Positions 23,401 through 36,829 of a stretch of 64,000 nucleotides of DNA are shown here, piece by piece; position 1 is the first letter of the stretch; each line of letters begins with the position of its first letter. Origin of the DNA: Torpedo marmorata (Eukaryota). The stretch lies in assembly GCA_977017645.1 (NCBI GenBank), contig OZ360233.1, forward strand, positions 19,344,001-19,408,000, written 5' to 3'. Under the pieces are notes generated by a model that did not search any database, was not told the DNA's origin, and saw only the letters and a program-made list of their open reading frames with translations. Position numbers and translations under genes: made by a program.

Positions 23401-25760
23401 CCACTCGAACTTAAATACAGCGCCTTCGACCGGGAGCTACTAGCACTGTACCTGGCCATACGGCACTTTCGATACTTTCTGGAAGGTAGAATATTCACCG
23501 CCTTCACTGATCACAAGCCGTTCACTTTCGCGTTCTCGAAAGTGTCCGACCACTGGTCGCCCGCCAACAGCGCCAGTTGACCTACATATCTGAGATCAGG
23601 ACACAGATTCAGCATGTCTCAGGAAAGGACAACGCTGTAGCGGAAGCACTATTCCGGCCAACTATACAAGCCTTAGCCCAAGGGATCGACTACACCGCCC
23701 TGGTAGAGGAGCAGCAGGCTGATGAAGAGACGCACTGTTTCAGAACCGCGGCCACCGGGCTACAACTACAGCACATCGCCATCGGGACAGGTGAATAAAC
23801 ACTCCTGTCCGACGTTTCCACAGGCCACCCCTGACCCATTGTCACAGCCGCGTGGCAGAGGCAGGTTTTCGATTCCATTCACGGCTTATCCCACCCGTCC
23901 ATCAGATGTACCGCTGAGTTGATTTCCAGTATATTCGTCTGGCACGGTCCCAGAAAGAAAGTCACCGACTGGGCCAAGAACTCCGTGCAGTGCCACACCT
24001 CACAAGTCCAAAACCACACAATGACCATGCCACGAAAGTTTGAGCCAACGACCAGGCGATTTGATCACATACACATAGATCTGGTAGGCCCCCTACCCGT
24101 CTCCAGAGGAGCGCGATACCTCCTCACCATGGTGGACCGTTTCACTCGCTGGCCCGAGGCAGTCCCTCTCGCGGACATCACGACCGAAGCCTGTGCCAGA
24201 GCCCTTATCACCACGTGGGCCGCACGCTTTGGGGTGCCATCCCACATTGCCTCGGACAGGGTGGCCAAATGTACATCAGACGTGTGGACAGCCATGGCCA
24301 ACTTGCTGGGCACACAGTTCCACAAAACGACGACTGACCACCCACAATCCAATGCTTTAGTGGAACGCTTCCACCGCCACCTAAAAGCCGCTCTAATGGC
24401 CCGCTGACACGGTCCGAAGTGGGTGGACGAGCTGCCGTGGGTCCTCCTGGGGATCCGCACAGCGCCAAAAGAAGACCTGAATACCTCGCCGGCAGAATTG
24501 GTCAACAGAACCCCATGGTGGTACCAGCAAATTCCTCCCCTCCCCAAGGGGGCAAGATGCCAGCACAGCAGCGATGCTCAACAGACTACGCGAGCAACTC
24601 GGCAACCTTGCACCGATCCCCATGTATCAACATGGACAGGGGCCCGAGCGCATCCCCAACAACCTGCGGAGCTGTGAGCTTGTGTACATCAGAAGGGGAC
24701 CACACAAGACACCACTACAACGGCCTTACGAGGGCCCTTTCTGGGTAGTTAAAAGTAAATGCTCCACCTTCATAATGGACATTGAGGGGAAAGAAGAATG
24801 TTTCACAACAGACCGTTTAAAACCATCACACATGAACGTAACTCAACCTATTGAACTACAGGCATCCAGACGCACGGGAAAGCCTCCCAAACAACCGAGC
24901 TACTCTAACACCGGTTCTGGGGGGGGGGAGGTTATGTAGCGGTACCCTCTCTGGGCAAGTGAATCGGTGCCCGCAATGGCGGCCGCGCAAGTACAAGTGG
25001 CAACAGCAGGGGCCGGCGCAAAAGTGGCACCGACCCTCCTTCTTATTCAACCAGGATAAGAAGGACAGGAGACCCGGGAATGTTCCCATTGTAATGTACA
25101 GCTCCCATTGTCATGCAGACGACAGCGATTAAACGGCAATGGTCATGTAACCGACAGCAATTAAACTCGCAGTCCTGCATAAAAGCCAGGGCTGTTAGAC
25201 CCGATGAAGCAGTCTTGCTTGCACCCCACCGACTGTGTGTTGTTCTTCAGAATTCTGTGTAGCTCACGCTGCAGGATATTCATTGAAGACATTTTCATTT
25301 AATCGAACTCAGCGCTATTTATCCACCTTCCCTTGGAGCGTTATTTCATTTCAATTTATTCTTTTTTATCTTAGACGAGTAGTATGTGGCGGTTCTGGGA
25401 AATGTGCGCAGTGACGTGATATTATTGGATTCATGTTCTCTTCGGAATATTTCAGGACGTTGTCGAGGCGACGCCGTTTCTCAGACACCGGGTGTGATCA
25501 CAGTCACTGAAGGGGATGATGCACATTTGAACTGTAACTCTACTGCTACAAGCACAACCAGTCTTGGATTAATATTGCAACATATGCATCCAAGCGGAAC
25601 TCTGGACTTCCTGCTGGTCAGAACAAAATTTGACGGCGAGAGGAAAAAATTCGTGGAGAACGTTTTTCCGCGGAGCTCGACCATTCAAGGGAACGGTTCT
25701 GCTGAATGTATCTGAAACGCAGCTGGGAGTCGTGGTCATGTATTATTGTGCTATGAATCC
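20467..25760 (+). pseudogene. TRAV: TCR alpha/delta V pseudogene (V5), duplicate of V4: truncated leader 20467-20504, intron split by a Gypsy provirus, V exon 25456-25760
   Basis: Leader remnant tact tgt tgg ctt ctt...tac acc g|gtacgt. The V exon DAVSQTPGVITVTEGDDAHLNC has Trp>Leu, frameshifts in FR3, and ends tat tat tgt gct atg aat. Confidence 0.9.
20822..25273 (+). mobile_element. Full-length degenerate Ty3/Gypsy LTR retrotransposon (gag-PR-RT-RH-IN)
   Basis: 339-bp LTRs at 20822-21160 and 24935-25273; TSD GGAT at 20818-20821 and 25274-25277; PBS tggtgaccccgac at 21162-21174 (tRNA-Trp type); PPT at about 24919-24931. Motifs include [34 protein letters not shown] and IDLVGP...ERFHR, with many stops and frameshifts. 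Confidence 0.95.
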
Positions 25761-25797
25761 CAGAGAGGTACGGAACTGAGCTGAGACTACAAAAACG
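25761..25797 (+). other. Defective RSS of V5
   Basis: Heptamer CAGAGAG (CAC lost), 21-bp spacer (2-bp deletion relative to V4), nonamer ACAAAAACG. Confidence 0.8.
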
Positions 25798-26535
25798 AAC
25801 AGCTCATCTCGCCGCGTATCAATCCGTGAAGGAAGCTTTCAAAAATTCTTAGCCGTTCCTTACATGCGTCACAACGCGAATCGATGACTTCCGATAATTA
25901 TCCAATTTTATAATACTGATAAAATACACTTTATTAGATTACAGATACTATTAATTATCACGTAATAAAACAGAAATGGAATCTTACACGAAATGGCCGT
26001 TAGTGTGCCATAAGGTAGACCAACATTTGCCATAAGCATTTTCATTGCCCGGGGCCGCTTACAGGGAAAGGAGGATATGCAAACGAGAGTCCCCCCAGAG
26101 TCACCTAGTGTCCGTAAATTCGCTCCCAGTACTCTCGCAGCCCCTGAAGACGCACAAGACTCCAAATCATTTCAAACCATCGGCAACCCGAGCCCAGGTG
26201 AAAACCTGCGACACAATGAGAAAGCCTTCAGCGCCCAGGAACATTCGGCAATCCTCCTTGCCCTCAGCATTATCTTGTATCCCCGTTCCGATACCTGTTT
26301 CTCATGAGTCAGTCTACAACAGCCCGCAGTCTTCTGTGTATCCTGTGATCTCAAGTCGCCAGCAGCCCGCAGCCTTTGTGGGTTCCACGCCCGCAAGTTG
26401 TCAACAGATGTTGTGTTTTTCAGCTGCAGAGCCTGTCACTGGTCCGCCACCGCGGTCACCGTCTTTAGGGTCGTCTCTTCCGCTTCTCCTTCTCAACGGA
26501 GAGGTTCGCCTCGTTATTCGTAACTTGCGCCAGTG

Positions 26536-26630
26536 CTAACACTAACCCTAACCCTGACCCTAACACTAACCCTAACCCCAACACTAACCTAACCCTAACC
26601 CTATCCCTAAACCTAACCCTAAACCTAATC
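26536..26630. repeat. Interstitial telomeric repeat, degenerate (CCCTAA)n
   Basis: About 15 imperfect ccctaa/cactaa units. Confidence 0.9.
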
Positions 26631-27420
26631 TTATATCGTGGCCGCTAACTAACACATGGGCCCAGACCTCGCGGTCGCAGGATTTTAAAATTAAACATCG
26701 TCAGTTCCTTTAACAGGCCGTTTAAAGTCTGTTCGGAACCGTGGCAGTGAAACTGGGCGGTAGGAACCCGCGCAGGAAAGCTATGTTTTCGCATCCCGCG
26801 GGTCCGCACACGCGGCAGCGCTGTCATGACAGCACCTCTGGCAGCGCCGCCATTACTTCTCACTCTGCGCCCATAGTCGATTGACCAACCAATTCCAGGT
26901 CAGAAGCGTGCCTTTGAAAATGGAGACACATCTCACTCTTCGCCTCCCCCTATTCTCATCCGAGGTTATTCCCTGGTACCGAGCTCTGGACAGTTGGAAC
27001 AATTTCTCCCTTTAAATTAAAGCCTTTACCGTATTGGTAAAATACAGCTCAACATTTTAAAAATCTATTCTACCCTGCTTGTCCTATTTCCGCAATTTAC
27101 TATCCTTTCAAATTTACATGCCGACTTCACTTATTTTTTGACTTAATATGCCTGACGTTTATTTTCTTCTCCGTCGACGTCGCATCACCTGTGGGATGTA
27201 CAACAACTGCAACCTGACCTTGCAGTGCAAGAGACCATAAAGACAGGTGATGAGTGGTTGGCAGCACTGGTCCCGGAAGATGTGAAATTTAATTCATACT
27301 ACATCCTGATTCGGTGTGGAGAGGGGACAGAGTGCGAACTTTGCAGGGAACAGTTTCGCTACTTCTCTCAAAATTGCACCTGTCACAGCTCACGTTTGAA
27401 AAACTATTTTTATTTATTTC

Positions 27421-27654
27421 GACATACAACAAGGTAACAGGCCCTTTCGGCCCACGGCCCCGTGCCGCCAAATTACACCCAATTAGCTACAACCCCGGTA
27501 CGTTTTGAAGGGTGAGAGGAAACCGGTGCACCCGGAGGAAACCCGCGCAGACACGGGGAGTACGTACCTTACAGACAGACCGGGATTCGAACTCTCTCCC
27601 GGTCGGGTGCGCTGTAACAGCGTTGCACTAACCGCTACGCTAACGGTGCCAGCC
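27421..27654 (-). mobile_element. V-SINE (HE1-like)
   Basis: Homologous to 1661-1904; absent from the paralogous position at about 15570. Confidence 0.85.
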
Positions 27655-29754
27655 TCAAAACGTGCACACCTCGCACTTTAAAGACGATATCTAGTGTACC
27701 ATGAGAAATAACGGGCCTTCATGCAGAGTAGACAAATATTACCATCTGAGTTCAAAATAGCAAATTTATGAAATATATGAAAATCTCAAAATTTAGAACC
27801 AAAATACTGGAGCCACCTTGTCTGAGAAATTGGGTGACATAATAACGTTTGTGTAAACAGATGGACAAAGTGCAATGCACATAGAGTTTGAAGGAAGTGT
27901 AATAAAACAGTGACCAGTTATTGGGTAGTTAGTAATAAACTAAACACTGCCTCAGACTGCAAAACCCACATCGCTTACCCAAGTAAAAAAAAAAGCTTTC
28001 GTCCACTTATACTGTATCAAATAGAATCACAGATGAATCAAAACATAGTCAACAATCGTGCGATTAACTCTTGACCCATTTAGCCGTCATACTACTCTGT
28101 TCCAGTTTACTAAGTGTCGTCGTTGTTGATATTATGCGGTTTCGTATTGCACTTGTTACGTTGATGGTTCAGATTAAGGGATTCCCAATAATCCCAAATC
28201 ATTATTTTATTCATGTACCACGTACAGCAGCGTTGGCATATCCTGCTCATATTTCCATGCAATTGGACTTTGGGTGCTAAGTTCATTTTAATTTTGTATG
28301 AAAAGGCAGTGACCCGTTGATAGGATGAGAAATATTTATCTATATTAACTGAATTCTGAAGCGTCTTTGCGCTGTCTCTGATCACGCTGTTCCACTTCTC
28401 ACTGTCTCCACAATCAACCACGTCTACACCTACCTCTGTTTCGGGGATTGTGACAACATCTGTAAAGACCCATTCAAAACCGGTCACACTCGTTTCGTCA
28501 CCGTACGACAGAAGATACATGAGATTGAAAACAAGAATTCACCACTCAGCTTCGCTGGTCTTATCAGATCCTTGAATAGGGATCTTATCTCGTCAACTGC
28601 GATGACTTTCTCTGTTTTAACTGCAGTTATCTCCAGAGCATGCATCTTGTATTTGTAAATGTCACTGTGATCATTTTGAACAAAGTGCAACACTGTACAC
28701 AACACATCTGGTGTACTTAATGTGTGTTGCTTTGTCTGGATCGCAGGCAAAACAAAGCCATTCAATTTGTATCGGCTGACACGGCAATGAATAATTCAAG
28801 GTCGTTTACTGTGTTCATTTAGGCTTTGAGCCAACTGAGTGCCAGGAGGATAATGTAAATGAAAATGAACCTGTAATCATACTTGAACACTTTTTGAATA
28901 TGTAGCATTCTGGTTTGAAATGAGGCTGGGCCTACTGTTATAAGGATTAGTTTAATTGCAATAGATGCTTCAGAATCTTGCATCTATCCAAAGGTCTCTT
29001 TGGACAGACACATTGACATGCAGCGAAAGTAGATATGTGGTTCATATGCTGGGAAAAGGTATTTACTTTAATTTGGCTTCTTGTTTGGTGCAGTAATCTT
29101 AGGCAGAAGGGTCTGATCTGTGTCAATTTCTTTAATGTGCTATGTTCTCGAATGCAGCGTGCTTAAAACCGAACATTAAAGATTCCAAATATTAAGCTTA
29201 TGAACACCGATTAAAAATCAATTGTGACATTCATTAGCACGCAGGTAATAATAGCATTGCGTGACCGAGTGTTATATGGTTAACATTATATGAGACACGA
29301 TCACGCTCGGTGAAAACAAAATAGCCATATTTAATTTAACCAGCATATTCCCCAAGTAGAGTAGCTGACATATGAATAGTAATGAGGCGAATTATGGTGA
29401 ATATAATGTGAAAAGTGGCAGAGTCATTTGCAAAGAAAATAATTTAAAGTCAAACGTTGAACAATGACGAGAATAATCTGGAAAATAAAGGCTGAAAATA
29501 CTGACAAGGAGGTGTAAAACTGGTATCGGGACTGACGGTTCTGGTCGACAATTTTTGATAAAAACTGTGAAGAATTAGTTAGCAGTGGGACATAACCTGT
29601 TGTTACGTCGCAGACCAGCAGCAATAGCAATTCACCAAGACAGTGTTATTTTTAAAACAATATATGTATTAATAATTACTAATAATATAACATCTTACTT
29701 AACTCCACCCCAACTATGCGCGAATATAATTATGTGTGTGTGTGTGTGTGTGTG

Positions 29755-29787
<33 letters not shown>

Positions 29788-32700
29788 AATATCCAAACCA
29801 TTACAGCTTAGGCACAATTCTGGAAAGTCATTCCCAAAATTCAGTCTTAGAAATTTTGTGTTGAAACTCAGACTTTTAAACTGATGCTCAGATGTAATTA
29901 CGAAGTAGGTGAGAGAGACTGACTGATCAGACTTCCGAAAACGCATGAATCCTTGTCCAGCTGCTTCCAGAGAAATGTCCTTTCATACGAATAGTGGTCA
30001 CAACTCCCCTTTTCCCTGCATAGTGGAAACGAAACGTGTAACTTCCACGATGATTCCAATACCCAGACATGGGTCAGTCGAAATGAACATCACAATGGTC
30101 ACGATCCAATGCAGGAATTCAACTGTTTACTTTACCCAGATGTGGGTCTATCAAATTGACCATAACAATGGTCACGGTGGTTCAGTAATTCCCCTGACAA
30201 GGAGAATCAACCGAATTGTCCATTTCACATAAAGTCACACCACCTCTGTGTTCATCAAATGGCTGGCTGATCAATACTGAAATATTGTTTAGTTAAGTGT
30301 CCAAAATTCATGACTCTCTTTAGGTGTTCCACTCACCTGGCTCCCACCATGTGTTCTCCTTGAATAAACAACCATTGTTCTTGGTTCTAAGTTGAGAGCA
30401 TCAACTTTGTTTATAGTTTGGACCTGATGGTGCCAGACAGTCTGTAAATGTTGTGAAAAATGTGAATGGTTGCAGCCTGCACCAACCTCCAAAGCGACAC
30501 TCACAAAAATAAACAGGAGCTTGTCATATCTCTCCCCAACAAAGAAAGTTTTGAGCTGCAAGAGCAAAGTTTTAACTACAACCTACAATGTTTGAAATAC
30601 TACATTTACTATTATTACATGATATAATACAGACAAATATAACATTTTTCCAGAAACGTTACAAACTTAACATCTTGAAAGGCAATCAGCAATTACATTA
30701 TCCTTGCTTTTAATATGAGTTATCATTAAATCATATTCCTGCAGAATTAAACTCCAGTTTAACAATATGTCTATTTTGTTTTCATTTTACTCAAGAAAAC
30801 TAAGGAATTATGATCAGTATACACAACAGGTGGTCCCTGAGCTTTGCAGATGTAAACATCAAAATGCTGCAAAGCCAGTACACGGGACAATAATTATTTC
30901 TCTATGGTAGAATAATTATTTTGATGTTCATTGAATTGCTTGGATAAGTAAGCCACTGGATGGTCAATATCTGCACAACCATTCGTTTGTAAGAGCACTA
31001 CTACCACAACTTCATCACATGCATCTACTGCTAAATAAAATGGCTTTTCAAAGTCAGGTGACTTAAGCACAGGCTGGTGACATAAAATGGCTTTCAGTTT
31101 ATCAAATGCGTCCTGACAAAGTCCTCTCCAAACAAACTTTTCACCATTCTTTAGAAGGTTAGTCAAAGGAAGGGCGATATCAGCAAGAATTTTGAAGAAC
31201 TTTCTATAATACCCTATCATTCCCAAAAACCTTCTCAGAGCTTTCTTACCCGTTGAACGGGAAACTTATAAATCGTCTGAACTTTCGCCCGAACAGGCGC
31301 CAACTTTCCTTGACCAACAACATAACCAAAATAAGTCACAGCAGCATTGTCAAATTCACTTTTAGCGATATTAACTGTAAGGTTGGCTTTTGAAAGTTTG
31401 TCAAACAATGTATCTAACTCAGAGAAACGTGCTTCCCTGTAAACAAATCATCAATATAACCATTCGTATGCTCTAAACCTTGAATCACAGAATTAATCAT
31501 TCTTTGGAATGTCCCTGGAGAAATTTTCATTCCAAATGGTAAAACATTGTATTCATATAACCCTGACGAGGATACAAATGCAGAAATTTCCCTACCTCTG
31601 TCTGTTGAGGGAACACACCAGTAACCTTTTAATAAGTCCATCTTCCGAAGAAACGTAGCCTTTCCAACCTTGTCCACATAATCATCCACCCTTGGGATAG
31701 GATAAGTATCTGTCTTTGTTACCGCATTAACTTTTCTATAATCAGTGCAAAATCTAACCGTCCCCATCTGATTTATGCACCAGGACACAAGGTGAACTCC
31801 AATCTGAGGTGGAACGTCTAATAATATCATTCTTTAACATATGTTCAATATCTTGATCTACCAGTTTACACCTTTCAACATTCAGTCGATATCGATGTTG
31901 TTTGATAGGTTTTGCATCTCCAACATCAACATCATGACAAGTTATTCGGGTTATCTTAGGCACATCTGCAAACAGGTTCCTAAATTTTAAAAGTCGCTTT
32001 TTCATTTGCTCCTTTTCCTGGGGCTGAAGATGAGCCAACTTAACATCCAAATTATGCAAAACGCTCGTATAAGGCAGACGAACTGGGACAATGTCTTGTT
32101 TGAGGTGACCCTCACAAGAGTCAGATTGTACCGTCTGAAGGCCCTCAGACTCCTTAGTTCCATCAACAACCAATACCTCTGTTGAAGGTTGTTCTTTTCT
32201 AAAATCCAAGTTCTCAAAATAAGGTTTCAACATGTTGACATGGCAACTCTGCGTTGTACGTCTCTGATCAGGTGTTTTCACTTTGTAGTTGACTTCATTC
32301 ACCTTTGACTCTATCTCATACGGTCCTGAAAGTTTTGCCCTAAGGGGATTGGAATTTGTTGGGAACAGGATTAACACTTTATCCGCCGGTTTAAAAGTTC
32401 TCACCCATGCCTTTTTTTATCATACCAAACCTTCATTTTGCTTTGAGCCGTTCTCTTGAGCTAATTTAAAGACTTTCTCTAAACTATCTTTAAACTTTGA
32501 AACATAATCTAACAAATTCAACTGCACATCCCCAATTACCCATTGTTACTTCAATAGCACTAAAGGTTCTCTAACTTGATGTCCAAACACCAGCTCAAAA
32601 GGGCTAAAGCCTAATGATTCTTGCACAGACTCTCTCACTGCAAACAAAAGCAAATGGACACCCTCATCCCAGTCCTTCTCATTCTCAAAACAATAGGTCC

Positions 32701-33455
32701 TCATCATGGTTTTGAGGGTCGAATGGAACCTCTCCAAGGCCCCTTGAGATTCTGGATGATATGCAGATGACATGACCTGGTTATCTCCCAATTTATAAAA
32801 TATCTGCTGAAACAGCCTCGACATGAATTTGCTTCCCAGGTGTGATTGGATCACTTTAGCCAAACCAACTGAAGTGAAAAATGTTATAAAAGCTTACAAC
32901 GCAGTTTCTTGCAATAGTGGCAATGGGGACCAGAAGGTTTTTCCTTTTCTTGCCTCCCTTCTTCTTTACCCCCAGCACTACTTCCCGATTTATTTTCTAA
33001 TTTACTTGGATAATCCATATTACCCTTTTGGAAGATTCTACTTGGTACAAATTTAACATTGTGGGTTAAGGCATACTCATCCGCTAGTTTAGCAGATTCC
33101 TGCCACGTTCCCATTCTCTTTTCATCTAAATATGCTTTTACGTCATTAGGAACGCATCGTTTAATTTACTCAACTAACACCCGCTCTCTCAGTCTGTTAT
33201 AGTCACCATTTATATCCTTTGATGTGCAGCATCGGTCAAAGCATACACGTTTGTCATATGCAATATCCATATAAAACTGGTTCACCGATTTTCTCAATTT
33301 CCCGAATTGTTGTCTATAAGCTTCTGGAACCAATTCATAAGCCTTAAGCACAGCTTGCTTTACAGTCTCATAATCAGCAGATTGTACGATTGTAAGGGCA
33401 GAGTAAACCTTCTGAGCCTTCCCTTTAATTATGCTTTGTAACATGAGGGACCAAT

Positions 33456-33707
33456 GGGCGGCTCGGTTGGCGTAGCGGTTAGCGCAACGCCTTTAGCGCG
33501 CCAGCGATCGGGACCGGACCTGCGTTCGAATTCCGTGGTGTCTGTCTGGAGCTTGTACGTTCTCCCCGTGTCTACGTGGGTTTTCTCCGGGGGCTCAGGT
33601 TCCTCCAACCTTTCAAAATGTACCGGGGGTGTAGGTTAATGGGGTGTACATTGGGCGGCACGAACTTATAGGGCCGAAATGGCCTGTTACAGTGCTGTAT
33701 GTCTAAA
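33456..33707 (+). mobile_element. V-SINE (HE1-like) inserted in the Gmr1 gag
   Basis: A box tggcgtagcggtt, B box gttcgaattcc, V-core gttctccccgtgtctacgtggg and a CR1-like tail. Confidence 0.88.
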
Positions 33708-33975
33708 TTATTTTTTTCTTTTTAAAAAGGTCTTTTGGCCACGTTAAACTCTCAGCAAATTTCTCGAAATGCTGTAATATTTTTCAATCTCAGTCTCATC
33801 AAAGGAGGAACTAACCTAACCTCCCTACTGGTCACAAACCTCTCACTAGGACCAGAAGGTGGAACTCGATCTCTCCTCTTCTCTTTCTCAAACTGCCTTT
33901 GCTTCTCTGCTTCATCCCTTTGCTTATCTGCTTCCTCCGCCTCAAACTGCCTTCGCTTCTCTGCTTCATCCTTTT

Positions 33976-35384
33976 TTAAATTTTTTTAATATTTTATTTA
34001 AAATTTTAAATCACAAAATACATAAGGTAAAATATAAAATTATGAAAATATTTATGATACATTTTCACCCCCCCTCCCACCCTCCCCTCCCTAAACCTCC
34101 CAACCCTACTAATCTAATAAAATAAAATAAAAGAAAGAAAAAGATAGAGTAAGGAGAATGTCAATCTTAAAAAAAAACATCTATAAACTAATTTTATTAT
34201 GGAGGTTAGGTTCGCTAATAGATCCGATGTCCAGAGATCTTCAAATCCTTAAACCGACAACTTCCATATATGGGCTCCAAATTTTTAAAAAGAAATGATA
34301 TTTATTGCGTAAATTGTAAGTAATTTTTTCAAGTGGTATACATGAATTAAGTTCTGCATGCCATGTTTCTAACCCTAAATCTACATCAGATTTCCAAGTA
34401 ATAGCAATACATTTCTTTGAAACAGCTAAAGCAATTCGCAGAAATTCTATTTGATACATATTTAATTTCATCTTAATACTAATTTTTTTAATATCTCCAA
34501 ACAAGAATATCATAGGGTCCATTGGAAATGTAATCTTAAATACTTTATCTAAATTTTTTTAAACTTTCAACCAAAAATCATAAACTTATGGACAAAACCA
34601 TGCAGAATGTACGAAAGAACCTTCCTCTTTATTACATCTAAAACATAAACCTGATAATGTCGGATTAAATTTCTTTAATTTTTTTAGGTGTTAAATATAA
34701 TTGATGAAAAAAATTATATTGTACTAATCTATATCTAACATTAATAATCTTGGTCATACTTAATTTACATAATTCTTTCCAATGATTTTCATCTATTGTT
34801 ACATTCAAATCTAATTCTCACTTTAATCTTGATTTATGAATTCCTACTTTAGGAATTTTTCTCTGAAACAATCTATACATTTGAGAAATAAATTTATATA
34901 CATCTCCTTTAGTAACTAATAATTCTAATCCATTCTGTCTTGGTAAGATTAAACTATAACCTAATTTCCTAACAAAAATGCTCTAATTTGATAATAAGCA
35001 AAATGTGTATTATCCAATATATTGAATTTATCTTTCATTCTTTGAAAAGTAATACATTTCCCAGCTTCAAAACAGTCATTTATTTTCTTAATTCCTTTTT
35101 GAAACCAAATTTTAAATAATTGATTATTAATAGTAAATGGAATAAGTTCATTTTGATATAAAGGCATCTTTGGAGAAATCGTTCCTTTTCCTCCTATTTC
35201 CTTATCCGTCTTTTTCCATATTTCTAACAAATGTTTAAGAATAGGGGAATTTTTTCTTCTTGTTAATATTAATTTAGAATCCCATTTATAAATAACTTCT
35301 TCTTTAGAATCTTCTCCTATATTATTTAATTCTATTCTGATCAAAGCAGAAGATTTAGTTAAATAAAAAAATTCATTAACAAAT
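33976..35384 (-). mobile_element. 5'-truncated L1/Tx1-like LINE
   Basis: ORF2 C-terminus (IALAVSKKCIAITWKS, PLEKITY) with the poly-T end on the left; flanked by a 92-bp direct repeat. Confidence 0.88.
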
Positions 35385-35716
35385 TTTCTCAAACTGCCTT
35401 TGGTTCTCTGCTTCCTCCCTTTGCTTATCTGCTTCCTGCGCCTCAAACTGCCTTCGCTTCTCTGCTTCATCCTTTTGAAATCTTCGTTTTTCCAATTCAA
35501 ACTGCCTTTGTTTCACTGCTTCCTCAAATCGATATTTTTATAACTCAAACTGCTTTTGTTCTCTCTCAAACTGCCTTCTCCTCTCTGCTTCCTCGGCCTC
35601 AAATCTGCGTTTTTCTAGCTCAATCTGTTCCAACTTTATCCATTGCTCAAGGGATTTACTCTCGTGGAACTGTTGTAACTTCTCCTCTCCAAACCTCTCC
35701 TTTGCTATATACTGTT

Positions 35717-36829
35717 TTTATTTTGGTTTTTAAAAAATATTTTATTTCAAATTTTAAAATTTCACACAGTAATACATACGTAAATACAATACATTATTAA
35801 TTTCAGTAAATAATTATATTTGTATTACATAGTGAATCAATCCCTTCCCTTAATCCCCCAACCCCTTATATCTTCCAAACACTTCAAGTTTACATTATTA
35901 CTTAATATGTAATGTTTCTATCCCACCACCCACCCTTTCCCTCCCTTTAAATTCCCTCCCCTTACTAAAAACTAAAAAAGAAAAGAAAAGAAGGTGGTGT
36001 CGTATTACTTATTAAAACATCTGTACGAATCGCCGCTGGGTCCACAGCTCGACGCATCGTATTCAACAGTATTTTTATTATTTAAATTTGAGAGAGTCAA
36101 CAGGGTCTAGGATGTAGAGCAACACATTTAAATATTCATACCTAATGATTGGATATATGGACGCCAAATTTGCAAGAAGACCCCATATTTATTTCTCATA
36201 TTATATGTTATTTTTTTCCAATGGAATACAACTCCGCATCTCTGTATTCCATCTATCCATGCCTAAATTTGTATTGATTTCCAAGTTACTGCTATGCACT
36301 TCCTTGCTACTGCTAAAGCAATTTTTAAAAATTTCAAATGATATGTTGTTAACTTCAACTTTGGTCTAGTTCCTTCCACATTCCCCAATAAAAATAAATC
36401 AGGGTTTTGTGGAAATGTGACACCTGTAATTTGTTTTTACAAATTCCCTAACTCCATCCAAAAAATTTAACCTTAGAGCATAACCATGTTGAATATAAAA
36501 CATTTCCTTCTTCTTCACCACATCTAAAACACTTGTTTGATAATGTAGATTTTATCTTATTCAATTTTTGTGGTGTAAGGTATAATTGATGTAAAAATAT
36601 ACTGTACTAATCTATATTTTACATTAATAGTGTTGGTCATGCTATCTTGACATTAATCCAACCATATTCTTTCATCAATTATAACATTAAGATCTTGTTC
36701 CCATCTCTGTCTAGATTTATGATGTCCTTGTTTTAAGGCTCCCCTTTGTAACAAGGAATATATTATAGAATTATTTTTTTAAATATTTCCTTTCCTAATA
36801 AGAGTTTCTACCTCACTACAATTTTGTAA
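35717..36829 (-). mobile_element. 5'-truncated L1/Tx1-like LINE
   Basis: Same family as 13410-14127; 14-bp TSD tgctat(a/g)tactgtt at 35703-35716 and 36830-36843. Confidence 0.85.

Noticed and set aside
28110-28765. Minus-strand ORFs as a TCR constant exon or small spliced exons (tttacag|26 nt|gtaggt near 28434-28459)
   Set aside because: No conserved C1-set Cys/Trp spacing and no consistent exon chain could be built.
33456-33540. tRNA gene
   Set aside because: The A/B boxes belong to a SINE head that continues into the V-domain core and LINE-like tail.
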